From positions 1 through 64,000 of the IMG/VR virus record IMGVR_UViG_3300030098_004824: DNA of 64,000 bases; one strand, given 5' to 3'. A program made the position numbers and the translations under genes. Below are positions 7,499-16,500 of the stretch, piece by piece. The stretch comes from a virus. The stretch's first letter is position 1. Every line of letters starts with the position of its first letter. Under the pieces are notes generated by a model, which was given only the letters and a program-made list of their open reading frames with translations, was not told the DNA's origin and searched no databases.

Positions 7499-8674
7499 AT
7501 GTTTAAATTGAGAAATCATCAATTAGCAGTACTTAGAACTTTACAAGAGAATCGTAAAGGTCAAATTATTGTGCCTACTGGTGGTGGTAAAACAATATGT
7601 ATGATTGAGGATGCTAAGTATCAATTTACAATGAACAATGTATCAAAAACTATTGTAGTTGTTGCTCCTCGCATACTATTAGCACAGCAATTATGTGAAG
7701 ATTTTTTAGAATTAATTGATAATGTGCATATTCTTCATGTACATTCAGGAGAGACACATCATACAAGCACAACTAAAATTGATTTGATTAAACAATGGGT
7801 AGGTGATAATGTTGGTAATAAGATTATATTTACAACATATCATTCACTTCATAAGTTAATAGAATCTGATGTATTTGTAGATACAATATATTTTGATGAA
7901 GCACATAATGGAGTTCAGAAGAACTTTGTTGAAGCAGTTGAGTATCATTCAATGTATGCTAATCGTTGCTATTTCTTTACTGCTACACCTAAACATTCCA
8001 AGACACCATTTAAGATAGGAATGAATGATCAAGATATATTTGGTAGGGTGTTGGTGAATGTACCAGCACCTAAATTAGTGGATGAAGGTGTTATTTTACC
8101 ACCTAAAGTTAGGATTAAAAAGATAGATGTTGTTGATGATAGTAGATTCAAGCACGAACACGATTGTGACCATCTTGTATCAACTATGGATGAAATTGAT
8201 GCAGATAAAATATTAATCTGTGCAAGATCTACCAAACAGATTGTTAATTTAGTATCACAAACTGATTTTTGTGTTGAGTTAAAACTTCGTGGATATAATT
8301 GGATGTATATTACTGCAAAAACTGGGGCAGTTATCAATGGTAAGAAAGTTGATCGTGAATCTTTCTTTAATACCCTAAACAGTTGGGGTCAGGACGATTC
8401 AAAGCGATTTGTTGTTATTCATCATAGCATATTATCTGAAGGTATTAATGTTAGAGGACTTGAAGCAGCATTATTCTTAAGAAATATGGATTACATTACT
8501 ATTAGTCAAACAATAGGTAGAGTAATAAGAAAAGGTAATGAATCTAAAACTTATGGATTGATTTGTGTACCAGTTTATGATAAAGTAGGTATATCAACAG
8601 CAAGAAAAGTTGAGGCAGTTGTTGATACTGTCTTTGATAAAGGTCAACCCGCTATTTCTACAATAACAAAATGA
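7499..8674 (+). CDS. SF2 DEAD/DEAH-like helicase (ResIII-like)
   Basis: PTGGGKT, DEAH, TATP, LSEGIN, QTIGRVIR. Confidence 0.85.
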   Translation: MFKLRNHQLAVLRTLQENRKGQIIVPTGGGKTICMIEDAKYQFTMNNVSKTIVVVAPRILLAQQLCEDFLELIDNVHILHVHSGETHHTSTTKIDLIKQWVGDNVGNKIIFTTYHSLHKLIESDVFVDTIYFDEAHNGVQKNFVEAVEYHSMYANRCYFFTATPKHSKTPFKIGMNDQDIFGRVLVNVPAPKLVDEGVILPPKVRIKKIDVVDDSRFKHEHDCDHLVSTMDEIDADKILICARSTKQIVNLVSQTDFCVELKLRGYNWMYITAKTGAVINGKKVDRESFFNTLNSWGQDDSKRFVVIHHSILSEGINVRGLEAALFLRNMDYITISQTIGRVIRKGNESKTYGLICVPVYDKVGISTARKVEAVVDTVFDKGQPAISTITK

Positions 8675-9102
8675 TTACATTAGCATTAGTAACTGGTGGA
8701 TTCGATCCATTACACTCAGGTCACATTGCATATTTCAATGCAGCAAAAGAATTAGGTGATAGTTTATGTGTTGCAGTTAATTCAAATGATTGGTTAATTA
8801 GAAAGAAAGGGAAATACTTTATGACTGCACCTGAAAGAATTTCTATCATTTCAGAGTTAAGAATGGTGGATGCTTGTATAGAATTTAATGATAAAGATGA
8901 TACTGCTAATGATGCAATTAAGATGGCATTAGAGGTTTACGATAACATTATTTTTGCAAATGGTGGTGATCGAGGTAATACAAACACCCCAGAATATGAA
9001 GAGTTTAAAGATGATAATAGAGTCAAATTTGCGTGGGGTGTTGGTGGTGATGATAAAAAGAATAGCAGTTCTTGGATATTAGATAGGTGGACAACAAAAT
9101 GA
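8671..9102 (+). CDS. Cytidylyltransferase-like nucleotidyltransferase (RfaE/TagD-like)
   Basis: TGGFDPLHSGH, NSNDWL, ANGGD, SSS motifs. Confidence 0.85.
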   Translation: MITLALVTGGFDPLHSGHIAYFNAAKELGDSLCVAVNSNDWLIRKKGKYFMTAPERISIISELRMVDACIEFNDKDDTANDAIKMALEVYDNIIFANGGDRGNTNTPEYEEFKDDNRVKFAWGVGGDDKKNSSSWILDRWTTK

Positions 9103-9344
9103 CTAAAAAAATACACCCTCGTGAATATATGTCTAATGACTACTGGAAGTATAATTTAGATGAACCAGAATATAAACGTGGATCTCTTCATAATAAAATA
9201 GGTATGATAATTATGTTTATTTTCTATGGTATAGTTTTAGTACAATTATTACACGCATTTACTATAATACCATTTTTTCCTATTACTTTCACAATCTTAT
9301 TAGGATTATTGTTTATAGTTTATGTTGCGTGGAGGGCATCTTGA
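9099..9344 (+). CDS. Small membrane protein
   Basis: Two hydrophobic segments in the C-terminal half. Confidence 0.6.
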   Translation: MTKKIHPREYMSNDYWKYNLDEPEYKRGSLHNKIGMIIMFIFYGIVLVQLLHAFTIIPFFPITFTILLGLLFIVYVAWRAS

Positions 9345-10273
9345 AAGATACTATTTTGTTTGGAGATTGTCTCCAAACACTTAAACAATTCGATGAAAAA
9401 GCAAGGTGTTGCATCACATCTCCACCTTATTATGGTTTAAGAGATTATGGAGGGGAGGATTGTCAGATAGGACAAGAAGAATCTCCAGAAGAGTATATTC
9501 AAAAATTAGTATTAGTATTCCAAGAGGTGCGTAATAATTTAACAGAAGATGGAACATTGTGGTTAAACATTGGAGATAGTTATTATAACTATAGACCTGG
9601 AAAAGGTCAATCATTAGTTAAACAAACTGTTTCTGCTAATAAACAAGATTTACCAGACAAATGTGCAAGAAGAGGTAACAAACTAAAAGGATATAAAGAG
9701 AAAGATTTAATTGGTATTCCCTGGATGTTAGCATTTGCATTAAGAGCAGATGGATGGTATTTAAGACAAGATATTATATGGCATAAACCTAATCCAATGC
9801 CCGAAAGTGTGAAGGATAGATGTACTAAATCCCACGAATATTTGTTCCTCTTAAGTAAGAACAAGAGGTATTATTATGACAATGAAAGTATCAAAGAACC
9901 AGCAAAAGATTGGGGAACAAGAGATAGAACTAAAGGAAAATATCACAATAAAGGTACAGGATTACAACCTCATTCTGGTCTTACTAAATCATATCCAAAG
10001 AAGAATAAAAGGTCAGTTTGGAGTATAACAAATAAACCATATAGAGGGGCACATTTTGCAACTTTCCCAAGAGATTTAGTGGAACCTTGTATATTAGCAG
10101 GTTCACAAGTTAATGATATTATTCTTGATCCTTTTATGGGATCTGGAACAACAGCAATGGTAGCAAAAGACTTGGGAAGATATTACATAGGGTGTGAATT
10201 GCACGAAGATTATGGTAAATTAATAAAAAACAGAATATGTGAACAAGGGGGATCGCTTAAAGCGTTCTTATAG
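9329..10273 (+). CDS. DNA N4-cytosine/N6-adenine methyltransferase (beta class)
   Basis: TSPPY, HFATFP, DPFMGSGTT; C-terminus encoded by motif copy 5. Confidence 0.9.
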   Translation: MEGILKDTILFGDCLQTLKQFDEKARCCITSPPYYGLRDYGGEDCQIGQEESPEEYIQKLVLVFQEVRNNLTEDGTLWLNIGDSYYNYRPGKGQSLVKQTVSANKQDLPDKCARRGNKLKGYKEKDLIGIPWMLAFALRADGWYLRQDIIWHKPNPMPESVKDRCTKSHEYLFLLSKNKRYYYDNESIKEPAKDWGTRDRTKGKYHNKGTGLQPHSGLTKSYPKKNKRSVWSITNKPYRGAHFATFPRDLVEPCILAGSQVNDIILDPFMGSGTTAMVAKDLGRYYIGCELHEDYGKLIKNRICEQGGSLKAFL

Positions 10274-10275
10274 TG
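10247..10275 (+). repeat. 29-bp motif, copy 5
   Basis: GGGGGATCGCTTAAAGCGTTCTTATAGTG. Confidence 0.9.
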
Positions 10276-10361
10276 TAAGGGATATGCACAGAGCAGACCT
10301 TGAAACTTAAATGATTTCAAGGCATCACAGAAGAGAAATTGCAAGTTCTCACTCCTTTACA
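10274..10361 (+). ncRNA. Multibranch structured 5' leader
   Basis: TGTAAGGGA/TCCTTTACA closing stem with arms TGC/GCA, CCTTGAAA/TTTCAAGG, GAGAA/TTCTC. Confidence 0.55.
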
Positions 10362-10384
10362 TCTATTGTTTATTTTCAAACTAA

Positions 10385-10690
10385 ATGGCAACACGCAGAC
10401 GCACATCAGCAACTCGCAAAACTGCTAAATCTGCTCCCGCTATTGTTAAGGAATCAAGGGCAAGTGTTAAGAAAGTTACAACAACTGCCCCAAAACGTGT
10501 AAATAAAGTTACACCGAAGAAGGTAATTGAAGTGGCAGAAGTAACACCAACTCCCGTAAAAGATACCCTTAACTTAGAGAAACTATTCAAGGATTATCCT
10601 CGTGATGGTTTCGCACTTGCTCTCCTTCCTTTACTATTATTGGAAGCATTAACCAAAGAAGGTTTAAAGATAGCAGGTGTAATTTCGTAA
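10385..10690 (+). CDS. Hypothetical protein, basic N-terminus and hydrophobic C-terminus
   Basis: MATRRRTSATRKTAK...; FALALLPLLLLEAL. Confidence 0.65.
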   Translation: MATRRRTSATRKTAKSAPAIVKESRASVKKVTTTAPKRVNKVTPKKVIEVAEVTPTPVKDTLNLEKLFKDYPRDGFALALLPLLLLEALTKEGLKIAGVIS

Positions 10691-10703
10691 AGAATATTAC
10701 ATT

Positions 10704-10737
10704 GGGGGTTGAAAGATCCCCTTTTTTATGTTAAAAT
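10704..10737 (+). promoter_or_regulatory. Terminator hairpin overlapping a sigma70-like promoter
   Basis: GGGGGTT-GAAA-GATCCCC plus T-tract; TTGAAA-17 nt-TAAAAT with extended TG. Confidence 0.6.
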
Positions 10738-10749
10738 GAATTTATTATT

Positions 10750-11667
10750 ATGCAAAACAAACACATTGAACATCCTGAAGATTCCATTCTAAATGGTGAT
10801 TTAGATGTATTAAATTGGTTTACCACTAATGGTAAAATAACAGCAAAGATTGATGGTGCTCCAGCAATAGTTTGGGGGACTAATCCTGTTAATAATAAAT
10901 TCTTTATTGGAACTAAAAGTGTCTTCAACAAAAAACTCATCAAAATCAACTATAACCATACCGATATTGATAGAAACCATCAAGGAAAAGTGGCAGATAT
11001 TTTGCATATCTGTTTTGACAATCTTCCTGATACAAGTAATATCTACCAAGGTGATTTCATCGGTTTTGGTGGCACTGATTCTTTCAATCCTAACACCATC
11101 AGATACATTTTCCCAGATAAGATTACCCAAGAAATAGTAATAGCACCGCACACATCTTACACCACTAATGGTGATTTAAGAGATGCAATTGCAAGACCTA
11201 TTAGTGATAAAGAACTAATATCTTTATGGCAAGATGCAGAAGATGTTTACTTTGTTTATCCTGAAGTAACATTAGATCAGGAAAGAGATAGTATAATCGA
11301 AAGATGCAAATTTGCAAGACAAATTGCAACTTTATGTGAGTTCCCTAATGATAAACAAGTAAAAAGGATTAAGAAGCAATTAAATACTTGTATTCGTGAA
11401 GATATAGAGATAGATGATATAGTACAGGAAGTACTTGCTAATGATAACAATATAGACGTAAATGTATTGCGTTTGTGGAAATTAGTGCAGACAATTAAGC
11501 ACGATATGTTTAACTATATTTCGTGTAATGATGATGTTGAATGTTACATTGAGGAAGAATATTGCGATCACGAAGGATATGTAATGGTAAATGAGTTTGG
11601 TACATTTAAGATCGTTAATCGTGAAGGATTTAGTAAAGCAAACTTCAATCTCTCTAAAATGAGATAA
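10750..11667 (+). CDS. Phage protein with ligase/capping nucleotidyltransferase-like motifs
   Basis: KIDG (motif I), YQGD, HEGYV, FKIV in the expected order. Confidence 0.5.
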   Translation: MQNKHIEHPEDSILNGDLDVLNWFTTNGKITAKIDGAPAIVWGTNPVNNKFFIGTKSVFNKKLIKINYNHTDIDRNHQGKVADILHICFDNLPDTSNIYQGDFIGFGGTDSFNPNTIRYIFPDKITQEIVIAPHTSYTTNGDLRDAIARPISDKELISLWQDAEDVYFVYPEVTLDQERDSIIERCKFARQIATLCEFPNDKQVKRIKKQLNTCIREDIEIDDIVQEVLANDNNIDVNVLRLWKLVQTIKHDMFNYISCNDDVECYIEEEYCDHEGYVMVNEFGTFKIVNREGFSKANFNLSKMR

Positions 11668-11668
11668 A

Positions 11669-11697
11669 GGGGGATCGTTTAAAGTGTTATAATAGTG
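11669..11697 (+). repeat. 29-bp motif, copy 6 (fused to hairpin 11694-11733)
   Basis: GGGGGATCGTTTAAAGTGTTATAATAGTG; AGTGAGGAT/ATCCTCACT. Confidence 0.9.
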
Positions 11698-11758
11698 AGG
11701 ATATACATCCATTTCTGGTTAGGAATCCTCACTTTAATTTCATTTCTTTATTTTGTTT

Positions 11759-12178
11759 ATGTCAACTTTACCTGAAAGAGTTCTCGATTGGACTGAAACC
11801 TATTGTGAATCTCTTACAGAAAATTACAAACAACATAGTGTAAGAATGTATGAAAGTTCAACATCTGACTATTCAAAACAGTGTTTGGAAAATGTAAAGA
11901 ATGGCACTGCTAATCTTACTAACTTTGTTATCAAGAATGGTCGCAAGTATTACAAGATTATGCAACGTGAATTTGATACTTTCCAAGATCGTAATGAATG
12001 GAGAGAAGGATGTGTTCACGCATTTGTTGATAAGAATACAGGTGAAGTTTACAAACCTGCTTCTTATAATTCACCAGCAAAGCACGTTAGATATGATTTA
12101 AGGATCATAAATGATCGTGCTAAGTTACACAATCCAGACTATACTGGATGGGCAGGTGGTTATCTCTATATGAGATAA
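11759..12178 (+). CDS. Hypothetical phage protein
   Basis: VHAFVDKNTGEVYKPASYNSPAKHVRY; ATG after U-rich leader. Confidence 0.7.
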   Translation: MSTLPERVLDWTETYCESLTENYKQHSVRMYESSTSDYSKQCLENVKNGTANLTNFVIKNGRKYYKIMQREFDTFQDRNEWREGCVHAFVDKNTGEVYKPASYNSPAKHVRYDLRIINDRAKLHNPDYTGWAGGYLYMR

Positions 12179-12214
12179 TCACCATTTTTACTATACCATA
12201 AGGAGGTTAATTCA

Positions 12215-12442
12215 ATGTATTCAAGTGACACTTTTGGAAGAATCTTCTGGGTTGATGAAGATTTAGAGTTCAGATCTTGCCCACTAAATGTTGATGGGAC
12301 TGGTGATTTTACCTGCGAAGATTATGTATCAGAGTGGGATGATTGGAGTGAGGTTAATTATAGTTTGCTCTTCCAAATTCACAAGACTTGTTTACATTTA
12401 AAACAAGATCATCACAATTCAGTTAATTTAGTAGGAGTTTAA
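12215..12442 (+). CDS. Hypothetical protein
   Basis: AAGGAGG SD. Confidence 0.65.
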   Translation: MYSSDTFGRIFWVDEDLEFRSCPLNVDGTGDFTCEDYVSEWDDWSEVNYSLLFQIHKTCLHLKQDHHNSVNLVGV

Positions 12443-12447
12443 TTATT

Positions 12448-12630
12448 ATGTCAAATATCAACAACGAAGCAATATTAGAGTCACTATATGATGAAGTATG
12501 GGAGGAATTCCGTATTGCTAATAAACTAACTGATGACCAAATGTATGAGTTAGAGCAGTCAAATAGTGGTGGTACTTTCGATCAGTTAGTATCAACAACT
12601 AATCAAAGATTTGAGGATTTATGCCAATGA
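12448..12630 (+). CDS. Hypothetical acidic protein
   Basis: AGGAG SD. Confidence 0.6.
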   Translation: MSNINNEAILESLYDEVWEEFRIANKLTDDQMYELEQSNSGGTFDQLVSTTNQRFEDLCQ

Positions 12631-12812
12631 TTACAACAACTGTTTCATTCAAACCTATCACAAAACGTGCAAGATGTGGTAAATGGGGCAAGCATATTAT
12701 GTGCCCTAATTGTAAATCAATCAGCAAAGTTTATCATTTTAGTTGGTCAGGATTACAATGTTCTCAATGTTATAAAACAATAGATAAATTACATTGGAGT
12801 GTAGAACAATGA
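12621..12812 (+). CDS. Small zinc-ribbon protein
   Basis: CPNC...CSQC. Confidence 0.6.
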   Translation: MPMITTTVSFKPITKRARCGKWGKHIMCPNCKSISKVYHFSWSGLQCSQCYKTIDKLHWSVEQ

Positions 12813-12949
12813 AATGGGACGTTAAGTTATACGTAGGCGGTCAAGTCTTCGTAGAAAGTGTTAGAGCAGTCAACTATTCTGATGCAAAAGAAACAGCATT
12901 GGCACGTAATCCTAAAGCAAAGTTTATATCAGCAAACCCAATTCCGTAA
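12809..12949 (+). CDS. Small hypothetical protein (46 aa)
   Basis: MKWDVKLYVGGQVFVESVRAVNYSDAKETALARNPKAKFISANPIP; ATGA overlap. Confidence 0.65.
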   Translation: MKWDVKLYVGGQVFVESVRAVNYSDAKETALARNPKAKFISANPIP

Positions 12950-12955
12950 AGTAAA

Positions 12956-13192
12956 ATGTTATCACCTATACAATTAATGGATCTAAAAAGAATATATTCT
13001 GAGATAATTGTTGATCAGATGAGTGATAACGAGATTATAGAATATGTGACTAAAGATATAGAAATTGAATTAGATTCTGTTTGTGAGTATGATTTAAGGA
13101 AGGAAATCGTACAGACAGTAGGTATAAAGAAATATCGTGCAATGTTAGATATAATATTAACAGAAGGGGGATCGTCTAAAGTGTCCTATTAA
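12956..13192 (+). CDS. Hypothetical protein; C-terminus encoded by motif copy 7
   Basis: Ends TEGGSSKVSY. Confidence 0.6.
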   Translation: MLSPIQLMDLKRIYSEIIVDQMSDNEIIEYVTKDIEIELDSVCEYDLRKEIVQTVGIKKYRAMLDIILTEGGSSKVSY

Positions 13193-13194
13193 TG
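13166..13194 (+). repeat. 29-bp motif, copy 7 (fused to hairpin 13193-13234)
   Basis: GGGGGATCGTCTAAAGTGTCCTATTAATG; TGAGGGTTTGGT/ACCAAACCTCA. Confidence 0.9.
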
Positions 13195-13260
13195 AGGGTT
13201 TGGTTATTCTCTCTTTGATTACTACCAAACCTCACAAGTTTTCTTTAATTCTTTTCATTT

Positions 13261-13428
13261 ATGTCTGAAACATTCCGTACTATTCGTATTACTGAAGCAG
13301 AGGAGAATATGCTTGTTGAAATGATACAATTTTTCAACGATATGGGTTGGGTAAATCCTGATTCACAAGCAGATTACGATTCTTTCACTGATAAAGTATG
13401 CGAACCTGCATTCTGGGAGTATAACTAA
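13261..13428 (+). CDS. Small hypothetical protein (55 aa)
   Basis: MSETFRTIRITEAEENMLVEMIQFF... Confidence 0.6.
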   Translation: MSETFRTIRITEAEENMLVEMIQFFNDMGWVNPDSQADYDSFTDKVCEPAFWEYN

Positions 13429-13474
13429 TGCTCCCTATTTTTCTGTCCTTTATTATTACTTTGGAGTCATTATT

Positions 13475-13636
13475 ATGAGGTATTCTGTTCACTGTCCATC
13501 TGCACCTTTTGAAAATAGTTCTTTCATTAACCTTGAAGATTGTTGGGGTTTATGTTTAGATTTATCAGAAGAATACGGTTATGCAGAAGTTAGACACGGA
13601 AATTGTGTCTTAGGTTCTTATACAAATGGAGGTTAA
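13475..13636 (+). CDS. Small hypothetical protein (53 aa)
   Basis: MRYSVHCPSAPFENSSF...CLDLSEEYGYAEV; GGAG SD. Confidence 0.6.
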   Translation: MRYSVHCPSAPFENSSFINLEDCWGLCLDLSEEYGYAEVRHGNCVLGSYTNGG

Positions 13637-13638
13637 TT

Positions 13639-13908
13639 ATGCTTGAAACATTTACAGAATTTGCTGATTATGTGTGGTCATTCTATGCACCTAACAGCGA
13701 TCTTTATCCAATTAAAGGTTTAACAATCGAAGATGTATTTCAGGCAATCTTTACATATAAGCAGAGATTACTGAAAGTAAGTTATAACAATCCTGAGTAT
13801 GTTGCTGCTTATGGTAACAATTATTCTTGGGGTTATGGTGATAGTTTAGATAGAGAAAGAGTCAGAGATATTATACTTGAGCAACCACAATTCTCTTGGA
13901 GTTCTTAA
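13639..13908 (+). CDS. Hypothetical protein
   Basis: GGAGG SD; GDSLDRERVRD. Confidence 0.65.
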   Translation: MLETFTEFADYVWSFYAPNSDLYPIKGLTIEDVFQAIFTYKQRLLKVSYNNPEYVAAYGNNYSWGYGDSLDRERVRDIILEQPQFSWSS

Positions 13909-14194
13909 CAATGAAAGTATCAAAATTAACATCAACAAAGTATCAACAACCGAACAATTCTGGGTATAGTTCACTCATAAAGATTAGTTTGGTTAATGAT
14001 ATACAAGACGAAGAGAATCAGCGTAAATATTGTTATAAACCCTATCGAACTTTGTACAATTATTAATATGGAAATGAACGATTATTCCGATCCACGTTAT
14101 AAAGATCTCTACGAAGAAATCTTAATTGATTATAACTGGAGATACGGTAAGTTTAGTCCTATTCCTTATCCAAAGTACACAAATTGTAATCCAA

Positions 14195-14419
14195 ATGAAA
14201 AACAATCTATTGAAATCTCTTCAGAATGATATTGCTTACTGCATTGATTATCTGGAGTTAAATGATAATCAAATCGGTGAAATGTTACGTGCTTGTGAAC
14301 AATTAGGTGGCATCAGTGTTGAATACTTTTGCGAAGAATTTATCTTCCAATGTGATAACGAAGATGAGTTAGATCGTTTACATAATGATAACTATCTAAA
14401 AATTGATTGGAAGTTATAA
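14195..14419 (+). CDS. Hypothetical protein (start uncertain)
   Basis: Stop abuts motif copy 8. Confidence 0.55.
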   Translation: MKNNLLKSLQNDIAYCIDYLELNDNQIGEMLRACEQLGGISVEYFCEEFIFQCDNEDELDRLHNDNYLKIDWKL

Positions 14420-14420
14420 A

Positions 14421-14449
14421 GGGGGATCGACTAAAGTGTCCTATTAATG
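14421..14449 (+). repeat. 29-bp motif, copy 8 (fused to ~80-nt hairpin 14448-14528)
   Basis: GGGGGATCGACTAAAGTGTCCTATTAATG; GGGGTTAAGT/ACTTAATTCC, TTATCAG/CTGATAA, ATACAC/GTGTAT. Confidence 0.9.
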
Positions 14450-14555
14450 AAGGGGTTAAGTTAGGTTATCAGGGGCATACACACTCGTTGGTGTATTGTT
14501 AGACTGATAAAGACTTAATTCCCACTCAACAAGTTTTCTTTACTATTTGTTACTT

Positions 14556-14903
14556 ATGAGAAAAATTGAAAGACAAATGAATTTCGCAATTTCAAACAAA
14601 GGTAACTGGTCTTCATCAAATACCCAAGTTAGTTATAACGATTCAACAAATTGTTCTTCTGTTTATCTTCACGGGCATCAAATTGCAACCTTTGACCATA
14701 ACTTAAAAGCAGTTAAATTGTCATCTTGTGGTTATCAAACTAACACCACAAAATCACGTTTAAATGCTATTTTAGATGAGGTAAAATGGGGTTGTAAAGT
14801 ATTCCAAAAGAACTGGGATTGGTTCGTTAGTTATAACAATCAAACTCAATCTTTCATTGATGGAATGATACTTATTGATGCTAATCATCTGGAAGTGGCA
14901 TAA
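14556..14903 (+). CDS. Hypothetical phage protein
   Basis: MRKIERQMNFAI...TTKSRLNAIL. Confidence 0.7.
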   Translation: MRKIERQMNFAISNKGNWSSSNTQVSYNDSTNCSSVYLHGHQIATFDHNLKAVKLSSCGYQTNTTKSRLNAILDEVKWGCKVFQKNWDWFVSYNNQTQSFIDGMILIDANHLEVA

Positions 14904-14948
14904 ACCCCACTTCCTTTTTTCTGTCCTTTATTATTACTTGCTAAAGCA

Positions 14949-16031
14949 ATGCGAATCTTAACTACAACTGAATACAACGAAGTTTGCAAGAGTTATGAAC
15001 AATTTGGTAGCAAACTATTTGATGAAATGTTTTTAGGTTATGATGACAATTCAGTCTCATATCTTTATAACGAGGACTACTATTTTGGAGGTACTAAGTA
15101 ATGGAATTAACTTCAAAAGATGGGAATATGGTTGTTGATTTCTATCCAATTAAGGACTGGAATAATAACATCGATCCGACTAATCGTATGTTAAAAGTAT
15201 TATCTTTCAGAGGTGATATGCAAAAGAAAATGTTAATTAGTAAGATTGAATTTTATTCACAAGTAAAAGAGTATATTAACACCTATAAGTATAAGATAAC
15301 AAGCGAATATATGCCAGCACAGTATTATTCAGAAGAGGTAATATTATGATTAAAAAGTATATCTCCCCGATTGATAATTGCGAGTTTGATTATCAAATAG
15401 TCAACGGCAATTTATCATATAAGATAGAAGGAACTGACTGGCAAGATTTCATATTAGAAGATAAAAGAGCATATTCACCAGAACAATATGCAGAATTTCT
15501 ATCACTTTTGGAGGTATAATAGTATGAGAACATTACACTTAACTAATCAACAATTTGACGTACTATATCACATATTAGAAGATACAGTTCTTGATATTGA
15601 AGAAGATGTAGTTAGTGATACTGTAACCTATCAAATTTACAAACAATTAATTCATTTAAAAGGAGGTAAATTCAATGACTAAGTATCAACAAAGTGCAAA
15701 TCCAAATGCAACTAATAGTGAATTAGATGCAAAACAGATTATAACACATAAGGAGTTAAATCCTAGTCAAAGAAGTAAACTAATTGAACAGTATGTAGAG
15801 TTAGTTGTTGATAATATGGACGTTAAATCTATGATGCAATTTATCACTGAAGAGTTAGAAATTAGGTATCGAAATGATTATACAGATGTTGAATTAAGAG
15901 AAGAAATTAATAACTTTGATGAGGAATTATATGATGAGTTAGTTGATAACGTAACACAACAATACCCTAAACAAGATGTTAAACAGAGTCTTAATCAGAT
16001 GGAAACATTTATACCAAATTTCCACGATTAA
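14949..16031 (+). CDS. Run of five small hypothetical ORFs (14949-15101, 15101-15349, 15346-15519, 15524-15682, 15675-16031)
   Basis: Overlapping or abutting stop/start codons and GGAGG-type SD sites. Confidence 0.6.
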
Positions 16032-16094
16032 GAAGGTATTATTAACAATCAGAGAAGGTATATTAGGTATAGTGTGTAATAACCAAATACAGAG

Positions 16095-16414
16095 AGTTTT
16101 CCACAGATATTAACACTAACTGTGGAAAACTTAGTGTTTTTAGTGTTAAATAGCGTTTTAAATGCCATTATAAATATACATCTGTTTTGTAAAGGTTTTC
16201 CACAATGTTGTTAATAACTGTGTGTAATATGTGGAATAAGTGTTAATAAGGGGGTTTATATTGTGGATTAATTGTTGATAAGTAAGGTGATAATTAATGT
16301 CTCTAAATGTCATTATTTCTTGTGATCTTAGCGAGCGTATTATAACACGAACGCCCGAAATATGTCAAGGATTTATGATATTTTCTGTCATAAGTCTGTC
16401 AGGGTTTTTCCACA
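16095..16414. promoter_or_regulatory. Cluster of DnaA-box-like 9-mers (putative replication origin)
   Basis: TTTTCCACA at 16097(+), 16121(-), 16196(+), 16406(+); variants at 16230(-), 16262(-), 16273(-); non-coding, AT-rich. Confidence 0.6.
16339..16368 (-). promoter_or_regulatory. Leftward sigma70 promoter with no downstream ORF
   Basis: Minus strand TTGACA-18 nt-TATAAT with extended TG. Confidence 0.65.
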
Positions 16415-16442
16415 TTTTTCCGTTATAATATGCACAGAGTTC

Positions 16443-16471
16443 TTGACAACAACTCCGTTTAATCTTATAAT
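16443..16471 (+). promoter_or_regulatory. Consensus sigma70 promoter
   Basis: TTGACA-17 nt-TATAAT. Confidence 0.8.
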
Positions 16472-16500
16472 GAATAGTATCACCCACCCAGGACAATCCA

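Noticed and set aside
10274-10361. tRNA gene
   Set aside because: No T-loop or D-loop consensus, no 7-nt anticodon loop, no CCA
10311-10502. 63-aa ORF, plus other short shadow ORFs inside long genes (e.g. 133..378, 8029..8337, 46870..47178, 54116..54310, 58235..58660)
   Set aside because: Off-frame or antisense overlaps with well-supported genes, with no recognisable motifs
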